NCBI GenBank assembly: GCA_903932685.1
Contig: CAIZGX010000058.1
Span: 634 to 64,633, forward strand
Source: an uncultured Bacteroidota bacterium
GTDB lineage: Bacteria; Bacteroidota; Bacteroidia; Flavobacteriales_D; Sanyastnellaceae
DNA length: 64,000 nt
Direction: 5' to 3'
Shown: positions 1 through 9,116 of the stretch, one piece after another
Position numbering within the stretch: position 1 is the first letter of the stretch
How the letters are laid out: the number at the start of each line of letters is the position of its first letter
The notes under the pieces: model-generated
Seen by the model: only the letters and a program-made list of their open reading frames with translations
What the model was told of the DNA's origin: nothing
The model's database searches: none
Program-made: the position numbers and the translations under genes

Positions 1-1
1 G

Positions 2-205
2 TTTTTCGCATCTATTCCTTTCCTTTTCAACAGCCCAGATATTGTTGGAAAGGGTCTTTCGAAGCAACTCGACGAAGGAGGTATAGGCTTCATGCTCATA
101 CTGTTGTTGTTGTTGTCGTTCCTTTACCGAAGTGTTAAGGTTTTTCGAAATCAGTTCATTTAATTCGGTTAATAACTCGCGGTTCGATTTTTTAGCTTGA
201 ATCAT
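2..205 (-). CDS. hypothetical protein, N-terminal part only (runs off the window start)
   Basis: ATG (complement of 203-205) opens a minus-strand frame, MIQAKKSNRELLTELNELISKNL...QQQQQYEHEAY..., that stays open to position 2. It is divergent from the PhoH-like gene. No recognisable motif. Confidence 0.3.
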   Translation of the reverse strand, partial: MIQAKKSNRELLTELNELISKNLNTSVKERQQQQQYEHEAYTSFVELLRKTLSNNIWAVEKERNRCEK

Positions 206-238
206 TGAAGAAGATATATTCGTTAAAACCAAACGAAC

Positions 239-1576
239 ATGGCTCCTCGCAAACAAAGAAAAATTTATGTGCTAGACACTTCTGTTCTTCTGCACGACCA
301 CAACAGTATTAACAGTTTCGAAGACAACTATGTTGCTATTCCCATAACTGTTTTAGAGGAGTTAGATAAGTTCAAAGTTGGAAATGAAAATAAAAATTTC
401 GAAGCACGTGAAACCATTCGAATCATTGACAGATTGTCTTCAACACACACACTGAATGCTTGGGTTCCTTTAGGAAACGGACACGGAGGGAAATTCAAAA
501 TTATTTTAGATATAGACCTTTCAGCGAACGACGATGCTGAAGCGATCTTTCAATCAAAGAAAAACGATCATAAAATCTTGAATGCGGCTATAGTTCTTCA
601 GAAGCAAGAAAAGAATAGCAAGGTTGTGTTGGTTACGAAAGACATTAACCTTCGTATCAAGGGGAAGGCGTTAGATATAGTTGCTGAAGATTACAAAACC
701 GGAAAAGTTAAAGAAAGTGTTACGGCTTATCGAGGTTATAGTGTTTTGGAGAATGTTTCAGCTGAAGCCATTCGAAAGCTATACACAGCAGGTGAATTGA
801 AAGACGCAAAGATCTTAGGTAAAGAAAAGCATAACAATCATTTTTATGTTTTGAAGTCAGGGACTTCGAGTGCACTTGCTTTTCACGGTGGAATAGAAAA
901 GAAAATTGAGCGTATAGATAAAGTTTATGCCATGGGCATTAAACCCAAGAATGCGGAACAAGCTTTCGCGCTTCATGCCATTATGAATCCTGAAATTAAA
1001 TTAATCACAATTTCGGGTGTTGCGGGAACAGGAAAAACCTTACTTGCATTAGCGGGTTCTTTGGAAATGAGAAATGGATTCGATCAATTGATTTTAGCGC
1101 GACCGATTATTCCACTTTCAAACAGAGATATTGGTTTCCTTCCAGGAGATGCCGAGGAAAAGGTTTCCCCCTATATGCAACCTTTATTCGATAATTTGAA
1201 TTTTATTAAGAAACAATATTCTGAGAATGAAAAAAAGCGTAAAGTAATCGACGAAATGCAAGCCGATGGAAGAATTATGATTACGCCGTTAGCGTTCATT
1301 CGCGGAAGAAGTCTTTCCAATTGTGTGTTTATTATAGATGAGGCCCAGAACTTGACTCCACACGAAGTGAAGACAATTATTACGCGAGCGGGGGAAAACA
1401 CGAAAGTTATTTTAACCGGAGATGTTCGTCAGATTGACACTCCTTATTTAGATGAGCAATCGAACGGTTTGTCATACGTAATGGATAGATTGAAAGGACA
1501 AGATTTATATTGTCACATTACACTCGAAAAAGGAGAAAGAAGCGAGCTAGCGAACCTAGCGAATGAGATGCTTTAG
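239..1576 (+). CDS. PhoH-like ATPase with N-terminal PIN domain (PhoH2/YlaK type)
   Basis: 445-aa ORF with a PIN-like N-terminus (IYVLDTSVLLHD), Walker A (GVAGTGKT) and Walker B (FIIDEAQN). Confidence 0.85.
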   Translation: MAPRKQRKIYVLDTSVLLHDHNSINSFEDNYVAIPITVLEELDKFKVGNENKNFEARETIRIIDRLSSTHTLNAWVPLGNGHGGKFKIILDIDLSANDDAEAIFQSKKNDHKILNAAIVLQKQEKNSKVVLVTKDINLRIKGKALDIVAEDYKTGKVKESVTAYRGYSVLENVSAEAIRKLYTAGELKDAKILGKEKHNNHFYVLKSGTSSALAFHGGIEKKIERIDKVYAMGIKPKNAEQAFALHAIMNPEIKLITISGVAGTGKTLLALAGSLEMRNGFDQLILARPIIPLSNRDIGFLPGDAEEKVSPYMQPLFDNLNFIKKQYSENEKKRKVIDEMQADGRIMITPLAFIRGRSLSNCVFIIDEAQNLTPHEVKTIITRAGENTKVILTGDVRQIDTPYLDEQSNGLSYVMDRLKGQDLYCHITLEKGERSELANLANEML

Positions 1577-1848
1577 GAAATCTCTTCAATATTGGAAAGA
1601 ACAACAATTTGTTCTTTCCCTTTCTTCGTTACGTTGTAACCAAGACCGCCTTTATTTACAATAAACCCTTCAAGGTACAACTTCGTTACACGCTCTCCGA
1701 GTTGCGTGCTATGAGTTTGGTGGGCAGCGTCGCGTTGAATACGCGTCCAGAAATTAGCCTCTAATTGATTGAGTTTAATGTATTGACTTTTGTTGTTTTT
1801 ACGGAAAGTCTGAATGATGTCTAAGATTACGAAATCGTATTTATCCAT
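1573..1848 (-). CDS. small hypothetical protein (91 aa)
   Basis: ORF only. It overlaps the PhoH-like gene tail-to-tail by 4 nt. No motif recognised. Confidence 0.4.
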   Translation of the reverse strand: MDKYDFVILDIIQTFRKNNKSQYIKLNQLEANFWTRIQRDAAHQTHSTQLGERVTKLYLEGFIVNKGGLGYNVTKKGKEQIVVLSNIEEIS

Positions 1849-1985
1849 GTTTTAAATCTCCAAAAGTTTTGTTTAAGCTTCTCAACGAATGTACTCTGCT
1901 AACTTGGGCATGTGACAAGCTTGTCGAAATTTTTGCTCACAACATATTAACTAAATTTTATACCTTCGTATTCAACCTTAATGAA

Positions 1986-3035
1986 ATGAAAAAACTGTTA
2001 CTCAGCGTTTTGATTGTAGCGCCTTTATGTTTGAGCGCACAAATTACTATAACCAAAAATAATTTGCCACTAGGTGGAGATATTCTTGCTCAAGAGAATG
2101 CAACTTATGTCGGAACATTCGATGAAGGAGATACAGGTCCGAATCACGTTTGGAATTTCGACGAAACGAATCTTACGTTAACTGGGAATATTCAGCAAAC
2201 GGAGTGTATAGATATTTCCTCAACACCTTTCACATACCAAATATTTTTCAATAGCCCTTTTGATTCTGAACACAATTCAGATTTTGCCGTAGGCCTGGCT
2301 TCAATAGGTGGAAGCACGCAAGGACTTCCTGTTACGTTGGAAGATATTTACTCGTATTACCAAAACAACAACAGCCGTTACGCTATTGTGGGAGTAGGCG
2401 CTACGGTAAGCGGTATTCCAATTCCGCAACAAGCGAGTCCTGTAGATGTTGTCTACGATTATCCAGTTGCTTTCGGAGACTTGCATACAAGCGTTTCAGA
2501 GCAGGTGATTCAAATTCCTACATTGGGATATAGAAAGACCAATCAGACGCGTGTAAATGAAGTAGACGGTTGGGGTACGGTGAATTACTTCGGAACCTCT
2601 TACGATGTAATTCGTGTTAAAACAACAATCAATGCTGCAGACTCGATTTATGTAGATCTGTTGGGTTTTGGATTTCAGTTCGATCGCCCCGAAACGATTG
2701 AGTATAAATTTTTAGTACAGGAGTTTATGGTTCCTCTGGTTCAAGTGAATTATACCGCGGGAGCGAATTCAGGTGTGTTGGTGGCATCTCAACCCATTGG
2801 TGTTATCGAGTCTAGCGCGCCACAAGTGGCAGTTTTTCCTAATCCAACAACAGATTACCTAACGGTTCAATGGAAAAACGCGAATAATGTCGCTTATGCT
2901 ATTTTCAATATGGAAGGGAAACGTGTTTTAGAGGGAAGCCTTTCAGACAATTCTCAAATTGAAGTGAACGCACTTGCAAACGGGTTGTATTTTTTGAAGA
3001 CAGCATCAAGTGAAACCTATTTCTTAAAGAAATAA
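1986..3035 (+). CDS. secreted protein with T9SS C-terminal sorting domain
   Basis: The internal ATG at 1986 gives the signal peptide MKKLLLSVLIVAPLCLSAQ. The C-terminal ~80 aa (VFPNPTTDYLTVQW...GLYFLKT) is typical of Por/T9SS CTDs. The longer ORF from 1869 has no signal peptide. Confidence 0.7.
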   Translation: MKKLLLSVLIVAPLCLSAQITITKNNLPLGGDILAQENATYVGTFDEGDTGPNHVWNFDETNLTLTGNIQQTECIDISSTPFTYQIFFNSPFDSEHNSDFAVGLASIGGSTQGLPVTLEDIYSYYQNNNSRYAIVGVGATVSGIPIPQQASPVDVVYDYPVAFGDLHTSVSEQVIQIPTLGYRKTNQTRVNEVDGWGTVNYFGTSYDVIRVKTTINAADSIYVDLLGFGFQFDRPETIEYKFLVQEFMVPLVQVNYTAGANSGVLVASQPIGVIESSAPQVAVFPNPTTDYLTVQWKNANNVAYAIFNMEGKRVLEGSLSDNSQIEVNALANGLYFLKTASSETYFLKK

Positions 3036-3053
3036 TAGAAGTTTATTGAAATG

Positions 3054-3081
3054 AAAAAGGGAGCAGGCTGCTCCCTTTTTT
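3054..3081. terminator. bidirectional rho-independent terminator
   Basis: Stem GGGAGCA (3059-3065) pairs with TGCTCCC (3069-3075). It is flanked by an A-run (3054-3058) and a T-run (3076-3081) and lies between convergent genes. Confidence 0.6.
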
Positions 3082-3096
3082 AATACTCGAAAATTC

Positions 3097-4233
3097 TTAA
3101 TAGCAAGTGAATTCCGTATTACTCGGATTCGGATCGCAGAAGTTTAAATCAAATGTGTAGATGCCGTTCATTAGCGCATTAATGTTACTGGTTCCGTTAC
3201 CAGCCTCCAACGGAATGTTCAACACATATGCACTAGCACGTGAAGCGAATAGACCTAATCCACCTACAACATTCGTATAACTTGGACGCTCTTGAATAAT
3301 ACCGGTCACAGGGTTGTTCACGTTAATGTATGTCTTGAGCTCATCGTTAGCTAATCCCATGCGCAATTCGAAAGCACGGGTTTTATTTCCGTCGTATGTT
3401 CCCACTTCGCGACGAATGTGCGTGTCTGTTATGAGGTTCGTGCCTATATACGAGAAGAAAGGTTCAGCATTGAACGTGAGGTTGTAGTAACCTGAATTCA
3501 AATCAATGTCGTCTGCATTAAAGGTTCCTATTTTCCAGTCAATGAATTTGTCAGTTGAAGAGACCAATTGAGTTAATGCGTTATCTGAATATAGGTTTTC
3601 AGTGTAATAGAAGCGCAATGCCAAATCGTAAATCTCAGCATTGTCAATCGGAGTCCAACGTATGGAAACATTGTCGCGATAATCGATTGCTCCTGTTACG
3701 GTGTTTATCGAGGCGAACGACATCCCTAAATTGGTTTGTGGACTTTGGAAAAAGACATTGGCTGAAGGAATAACGTTCGTCCATGCGAATACATCAGGAC
3801 GAGAAACGAAATCGGCAACGAGTTTATAGGTAGCGTTGGGATTAAGTCCGGAAGGAGTCGCAAAGTAATAAACGGTTTGAGCCGGCCCGTAAAACATTCC
3901 GTTCACGTCTTTGTTGTTGACGGTAATTGGCGAAAGGTTATGTGTTGCAATTGGATTAGGATTGCCTGTAACGTACTCGTCAATGCGCAGAGAAGTAAAT
4001 TCTTCCCACTTGTATTCCGAACTGTCGCGAATCATGGCGTAATCGTTCAAATTGCCATCACCAAGAAAGGTCTTATTTACTTTAACAAATTGGGTGTCGG
4101 CCTGTGGATCTAGCAATCCGAAAACAATTGTAGTACTCGCGTATGGAGCGGTAAGGTCAACATCTGTTTCGCAAGAAGAAAAAACGGATAACGAAATTGC
4201 CGCAATTGCCGACAATGAAATAATCTTATTCAT
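3097..4233 (-). CDS. hypothetical lipoprotein
   Basis: 378-aa ORF with a lipoprotein-type signal (MNKIISLSAIAAISLSVFSSC). No catalytic motif recognised. Confidence 0.6.
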   Translation of the reverse strand: MNKIISLSAIAAISLSVFSSCETDVDLTAPYASTTIVFGLLDPQADTQFVKVNKTFLGDGNLNDYAMIRDSSEYKWEEFTSLRIDEYVTGNPNPIATHNLSPITVNNKDVNGMFYGPAQTVYYFATPSGLNPNATYKLVADFVSRPDVFAWTNVIPSANVFFQSPQTNLGMSFASINTVTGAIDYRDNVSIRWTPIDNAEIYDLALRFYYTENLYSDNALTQLVSSTDKFIDWKIGTFNADDIDLNSGYYNLTFNAEPFFSYIGTNLITDTHIRREVGTYDGNKTRAFELRMGLANDELKTYINVNNPVTGIIQERPSYTNVVGGLGLFASRASAYVLNIPLEAGNGTSNINALMNGIYTFDLNFCDPNPSNTEFTCY

Positions 4234-4285
4234 GGTTCAAATATAAGTCTTGTTTGAGGACTACAAATTCAATTCTTCGGAATTC

Positions 4286-5341
4286 TTACGCGTTCAGCGA
4301 CATTAAAAACTTGAGGGTATTAACATTATCAGCATAATCAGATAACGTTGGGCATTGACTGTTTCCGAAAGGAATAAACTCATTTCCAACAATACATTGA
4401 ATTTGATTTTCGAGGTTTTTCAGGTGTTGAAGCAGCGCTTCTTTGTTTTCGTAACGTTCATAGAACACAGACGCAACAGGCGATGCAATGTTTATGTCTT
4501 CCTTGAAAATAACAAATCCGTTTTCCAAAAGATCTTCGTTGTTCAATAACCACACGGCTTTGTTGTAGTCATAGTTGTTCGCGTATTTGTTGTGAGTGGC
4601 AATGCTTTGAAAGCTGAAAATGCCGTTGAAGATTCTGTCTAAATCGAAATCAGCGGGCATGTATAGTTTGGTCACATTGCGGCATCCCAATCCGAAGTAA
4701 TCGAAAAGATCGTTTCCTAATTTCTCCAATTGCTCGTCCGTTTCATTTCCATCGAGAATAGCAACACTGTTTCTATTTTGACGAATGATATGCGGATATT
4801 TCCCAAAGTAATTGTGGAAGTGAACAGCAGTCGAATTGCTACCTGTGGCAATAACGGCATCGAAATTCTCTAAATTTCCTTTCGAAAAAGAATAGTTCAA
4901 TTCGAAATCGTTTTCAAACTTGCCTGCAATTTTTAAAAGTGCAGGAATAAGTATAGGGTCGTCGGAACTAAGTTTTATCAGAAGCTTATGTCCTGAAACA
5001 AGAACAGAAAGAATATCGTGAAATGCTACAACAGGAATATTTCCAGCGCAGATAACAGCAATGGTTTTAGGTGAAGTGGCATAGAAGTGGTCGTTTGTCC
5101 AGGCAGTTAATTTTTCAGCGGTTAGCTCATTCGCCCAAGCCGAAAGGGCTTGACGAACATTAGCAGCCGTGAACCAACCGTTAAATGTAAACGCTGATTC
5201 AATGACGTTATTCACTCCGTTGAACTCCTCTTCGGTTAATCCGCAAGCATAGCCAGGCCAATCTTGCTTGGTCGAAAACAGCTGCAGAGCCTGTCCCAGT
5301 TGAACAAATGTTTGAATTCGCTGTTCTAATGTTGAATTCAT
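4286..5341 (-). CDS. acyl-CoA reductase-like protein (LuxC family)
   Basis: Overall resemblance to LuxC-type acyl-CoA reductases of Bacteroidota (ICAGNIPVVAFHD, GLGCRNVTK). I start it at the internal Met (MNSTLEQ, 5341), which removes the overlap with the divergent ferredoxin gene. Confidence 0.55.
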   Translation of the reverse strand: MNSTLEQRIQTFVQLGQALQLFSTKQDWPGYACGLTEEEFNGVNNVIESAFTFNGWFTAANVRQALSAWANELTAEKLTAWTNDHFYATSPKTIAVICAGNIPVVAFHDILSVLVSGHKLLIKLSSDDPILIPALLKIAGKFENDFELNYSFSKGNLENFDAVIATGSNSTAVHFHNYFGKYPHIIRQNRNSVAILDGNETDEQLEKLGNDLFDYFGLGCRNVTKLYMPADFDLDRIFNGIFSFQSIATHNKYANNYDYNKAVWLLNNEDLLENGFVIFKEDINIASPVASVFYERYENKEALLQHLKNLENQIQCIVGNEFIPFGNSQCPTLSDYADNVNTLKFLMSLNA

Positions 5342-5399
5342 CGTAGGTGTATTAAATTTGCATGCGAAATTAAGGTTGAATTCAGATAAATAGCAGAAT

Positions 5400-5750
5400 A
5401 TGGCAATAATGATTACAGACGAATGCATCAACTGCGGTGCATGCGAACCAGAGTGTCCGAACCACGCAATTTACGAAGGTGGAGCAGAGTGGAAGTACAG
5501 TGAAGGAACAGGTCTCCGTGGAATCATGAATCCATTGAATGGTGGAGGTGAATTAGATGCAGATGGTTTGCAAGAAGCAAAGAGCATGGATGTGTACTAT
5601 ATCGTTTCAGACAAATGCACGGAGTGTGTTGGATTTCACGACGAACCACAATGTGCCGCGGTTTGTCCGGTTGATTGCTGCGTAGACGATCCCGAATTTA
5701 GAGAGACTGAAGAATATTTGTTGAAGAAGAAAGAGTTCATGCATTTGTAA
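5400..5750 (+). CDS. 4Fe-4S dicluster ferredoxin
   Basis: Two cluster motifs, [12 protein letters not shown] and [18 protein letters not shown]. Confidence 0.85.
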   Translation: MAIMITDECINCGACEPECPNHAIYEGGAEWKYSEGTGLRGIMNPLNGGGELDADGLQEAKSMDVYYIVSDKCTECVGFHDEPQCAAVCPVDCCVDDPEFRETEEYLLKKKEFMHL

Positions 5751-5770
5751 ATGCATCAAATCAGAGAAAG

Positions 5771-5796
5771 AAAAAGGGGCCGTAGCCCCTTTTTTT
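5771..5796. terminator. bidirectional rho-independent terminator
   Basis: A-run, then stem GGGGC (5776-5780), loop CGTA, stem GCCCC (5785-5789), then a T-run (5790-5796). It lies between convergent genes. Confidence 0.6.
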
Positions 5797-6511
5797 ATTT
5801 GAATAAAGGAGCTCTTAAATCGAAGAGTAAAAAAATAGTAATTCCGGTTAGAAGAAATAAAAAGCTATTTATTCCAACTGTCCATGTGTCGGAAGATGTT
5901 TTCCGCTGCTGAACGAAGTAAACTGGAACGTACACAAGGCAAAGCAAGCCAACAGATGAAAGCATAAGTATGTTAGCAAAGGGCCAATGTTGCACCTTGA
6001 AAACTCCACCACAGGCGAACAATAGCACAATTAAACTTATGAGGGCGCTGAGTGATTTTTGCGTTTTTGAAATGGGATGATTGTGCATTCCAATGAGGGC
6101 TAAGGGAACCGCAGCAAAGAGCACAAGAGCCAAGCTGCTTACAATGAGCATAGCTGCTCCGGCCAAATGGAATATTTTGAAGATTGATCCAGTTACCAAT
6201 AGTATACTGGAAAATGCTAATACGTAGTTCAATGACTTTTTCATGTGTTTGAATTTTTGTTGGTGAATAAATTGAATGGTTTCCATTTCAATTTCATGTA
6301 AGTTGTCATGAAAAAAACGTGGAAGAATTGAATAAAAGAACGAGTGGAAGTCCTCGTTATCCGACATTTCATTTTCAATAATTGTACACATGTGATCTAT
6401 CAAATTAGCTTGCAGATCAGGCAAACTAATTCCATGTGATTCAATTTCTTTTCGAATGAAATCAACTTGTTCGTCAGTTAATGAGACCATGGCTCGTTCC
6501 TTTATTCGCAT
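5795..6511 (-). CDS. membrane protein co-transcribed with the PadR regulator
   Basis: 238-aa ORF with a soluble N-terminal ~90 aa followed by about 5 hydrophobic helices. It overlaps the PadR gene 3' end. An alternative start is the Met at 6490. Confidence 0.6.
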   Translation of the reverse strand: MRIKERAMVSLTDEQVDFIRKEIESHGISLPDLQANLIDHMCTIIENEMSDNEDFHSFFYSILPRFFHDNLHEIEMETIQFIHQQKFKHMKKSLNYVLAFSSILLVTGSIFKIFHLAGAAMLIVSSLALVLFAAVPLALIGMHNHPISKTQKSLSALISLIVLLFACGGVFKVQHWPFANILMLSSVGLLCLVYVPVYFVQQRKTSSDTWTVGINSFLFLLTGITIFLLFDLRAPLFK

Positions 6512-6842
6512 CCAAGAGAATATGAAGTGTCTCCATAAACTCTCGGAGTTCGTCTATTTTCTTTTTACTTGTTGCCTTACCTTGTTTTGTTAGGCGGTAG
6601 TATTTACGCTGACGCTTTCCAATGAATTCCACTTCGGTTTCCAAGTCCTCACTGGCTTCCAAAGCATGAAGCAGGGGGTACAAGGCTCCTTCCGTGATTT
6701 GTATTTTGTCGTCGGTAAGTTCCTTTACCCGTTGTGTTATTTCGTAACCATACATACGTCCGTTCTCTTTTAGCAGATTTAGAACAATGGTTCGAAGAGT
6801 GCCTTTAATTAGTTCTGATGAATACATAGGACAAATATACAT
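6474..6842 (-). CDS. PadR family transcriptional regulator
   Basis: Winged-helix PadR signature (LKGTLRTIVLNLL...MYGYEITQRV...EGALYPLLHALE). An alternative start is at 6827. Confidence 0.85.
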   Translation of the reverse strand: MYICPMYSSELIKGTLRTIVLNLLKENGRMYGYEITQRVKELTDDKIQITEGALYPLLHALEASEDLETEVEFIGKRQRKYYRLTKQGKATSKKKIDELREFMETLHILLDANKGTSHGLIN

Positions 6843-6878
6843 AAGAAACTTATGTATTTACTGTTTTATTGTTGAAAG

Positions 6879-6912
6879 CAAAAAAAAGGAGCGAATATTC
6901 GCTCCCTTTTTT
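6879..6912 (-). terminator. rho-independent terminator downstream of the S46 peptidase gene
   Basis: Perfect 18-nt palindrome GGAGCGAATATTCGCTCC (6888-6905), flanked by an A-run and a T-run. Confidence 0.6.
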
Positions 6913-6929
6913 CAAATATCTAATTTCAA

Positions 6930-9092
6930 TTAGTTTCGGGCTCCTCTCACAAACAACATTTCATCTACAATATTCTTACCGCCCATAAGCTCTTCAACAA
7001 TGAACAACACATAACGAATGTCAACTGCAATCGTCCGCTGCAAGGCCGGTTCGTATGCAATGTCTCCGCTCATAGCCTCCCAGTTGCCGTCGAAGGCAAT
7101 ACCAATCACGTTTCCGTTTGCATCCAATACAGGGCTTCCGCTGTTTCCACCGGTGATGTCAAGGTCTGCAATGAAACAAGAAGGCAATTCACCTTTCTCA
7201 TTTGCATAACGACCGAACTGTTTGTTCTGAATTTTTTGTGCCAATGCTTCTGGAACAACGAACTCTGGATTGCTGTTGTCACGCTTCTCCATAATACCTG
7301 TGGCAGTAGTGTAGAAATCATAATGAACAGCATCTGCTGGAGTGTAGTCTTTCACTTGTCCGTATGTGATACGCATGGTGCTGTTCGCATCTGGTGCGTA
7401 TTGTTTTTCCGGATTCATTTCACGAAGTCCTGCTACAAATTCACGCTGTCCTTTGCTCATCTTCTCGCGAGGAATTAGTTTTCCTAAAGCATCACCGAAT
7501 TCACCAGCGCTTTTCGCTGTTGCAACAGCAAGATCTTTTTCGAAAACCTTTTGATTTGGCTTCGCCAAGAAGTTCATCAATTTAGTTTTGTCAACGATAA
7601 CAGAAGTTGCGAAAAGTTTGTCAGCATAAGCCTGAACGTTTCCTTTGTATTTCGCATCAAGCACTGCGTGCCAAGATGGACGCGCGTTTGCTGCAATGCG
7701 AGTGCGATACAAGTTTGTTAATGCAACAAACACATCCTTGTCGGTTTGAATGTTGTATTCCACATAGAAAGCTTCAGCAGATGCTTTGAATCCATCAAGC
7801 ATCGCTTGTTTCTTCGTAGCGTCCGTTTCAGCAAAATATTTTTCGAAGGTGCGTTGGAATTCAGAAGCCAAGCCCATGAATTCTGCTCCACCCATTCCAG
7901 TTAAACGAGCATACAAAAATGCTTTTTGTGTTTCGTTGGTTGAAGAATAAAAGTCTTGCAACATCGGAAGTGACTTGCCGTATTTTTCGTTAGCTGCAGA
8001 ATTAGAAGTTAACCACTTCGTGAATCCAGCTTCAGTAGCAGCTTTCTTTCCTTCAACATCTAAACGCTTCAATCCGCGTGTTTGTCCAATGTAGTACTTC
8101 CAAGAGTTTGCAGTGCTTGCATACTTCGCAGCATACATCAAACGAACACCTTCGTTCGCATCCATGTTCTTCTTCCAAGTTTCTAATTTCAATCCGAAGC
8201 ATTCAACCAAAATTGGGTTCTGCACGTCAACCGCTTGCTCAACTCCGTAAGAGGTTAAGTAACGAGAAGTTCTTGCAGGATAACCCATGATCATTGCGAA
8301 ATCGCCTTGCTTCACACCACCCATGTTAATAGGGAAGAAGTGCTTAGGCTTCAAAGGCGTGTTGTCTTTGCTGTAATCTGCAGGCTTATTTTCAGCACCT
8401 GCATAAATACGCAACATGCTGAAGTCACCGGTGTGACGTGGCCACATCCAATTGTCTGTATCACCACCGAATTTACCAACGCTTTCAGGAGGATTACCAA
8501 CTAAGCGAATGTCGCGATACGTTTGATAAACGAATAAGTAAAATTCGTTTCCAGCGTAGAATGTTTTTACTTCAGAATTGTATAAACCGCTTTCGTTCGC
8601 AGCCTTCACCAATTCTTTGTTTCGAGCCATAATTGCAGCTTCACGTTCTGCTTCAGTCATGTTCGCATTCACAGCGCCCAATACGCTTGATGTTACATCT
8701 TCAACACGAACCAAAAAAGAAAGCGTTAAGCCTGGAATCGGAATTTCTTGATCCAATGACTTCGCACAAAATCCGTTTTGAAGAATGTTGTTTTCTAATG
8801 TTGAAGAAGACTGAATCGCATCGTATGCGCAGTGGTGATTCGTGAATACAAGGCCTTTGTCACTCACAATTTCTCCAGTGCAAAATCCTGCTCCGAAGCG
8901 AACAATAGCATCTTTCAAAGATGCTTGATTAATGTTGTAGATGTCGTCTTTGGAAAGTTTTAATCCAAGACCTTGCATTTCAGCTTCGTTAATTTTATTC
9001 AACATAGCCACCACCCACATGCCTTCCGTAGCGAACATTGCGCTTGGGACCATCATGAGCACCGTTAGTGCGAGAATGAGATTTTTTTTCAT
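6930..9092 (-). CDS. S46 family dipeptidyl-peptidase (DPP7/DPP11-like)
   Basis: 720 aa with a signal peptide, catalytic His context TNHHCAY and Ser context GGNSGSPV. Length is typical of peptidase S46. Confidence 0.85.
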   Translation of the reverse strand: MKKNLILALTVLMMVPSAMFATEGMWVVAMLNKINEAEMQGLGLKLSKDDIYNINQASLKDAIVRFGAGFCTGEIVSDKGLVFTNHHCAYDAIQSSSTLENNILQNGFCAKSLDQEIPIPGLTLSFLVRVEDVTSSVLGAVNANMTEAEREAAIMARNKELVKAANESGLYNSEVKTFYAGNEFYLFVYQTYRDIRLVGNPPESVGKFGGDTDNWMWPRHTGDFSMLRIYAGAENKPADYSKDNTPLKPKHFFPINMGGVKQGDFAMIMGYPARTSRYLTSYGVEQAVDVQNPILVECFGLKLETWKKNMDANEGVRLMYAAKYASTANSWKYYIGQTRGLKRLDVEGKKAATEAGFTKWLTSNSAANEKYGKSLPMLQDFYSSTNETQKAFLYARLTGMGGAEFMGLASEFQRTFEKYFAETDATKKQAMLDGFKASAEAFYVEYNIQTDKDVFVALTNLYRTRIAANARPSWHAVLDAKYKGNVQAYADKLFATSVIVDKTKLMNFLAKPNQKVFEKDLAVATAKSAGEFGDALGKLIPREKMSKGQREFVAGLREMNPEKQYAPDANSTMRITYGQVKDYTPADAVHYDFYTTATGIMEKRDNSNPEFVVPEALAQKIQNKQFGRYANEKGELPSCFIADLDITGGNSGSPVLDANGNVIGIAFDGNWEAMSGDIAYEPALQRTIAVDIRYVLFIVEELMGGKNIVDEMLFVRGARN

Positions 9093-9116
9093 TTGATTTA
9101 TTTGAGGTTTGACGTT

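Noticed and set aside
1869-1985. Long N-terminal extensions given by the ORF track. Cases are 1869, 5431, 11085, 15969, 24525, 32413, 33751, 33857, 36560, 37515, 45677, 50246 and 61590.
   Set aside because: The extensions start at non-ATG codons or overlap neighbouring genes or terminators, and they lack or disrupt signal peptides. Internal ATGs give canonical N-termini, so the shorter coordinates were used.
7018-8845. Many 60-217-aa ORFs antisense to or nested in large genes. Examples are 7018-8845 inside the S46 peptidase gene, 22600-23253 inside GH20, 17075-17989 inside thrS, 34183-34659 across pyrR/pyrB, 29984-30364 inside mutS2 and 49283-49714 inside paaZ.
   Set aside because: They are shadow ORFs on the opposite strand or in alternative frames of well-supported conserved genes. 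They have no motifs and skewed composition.
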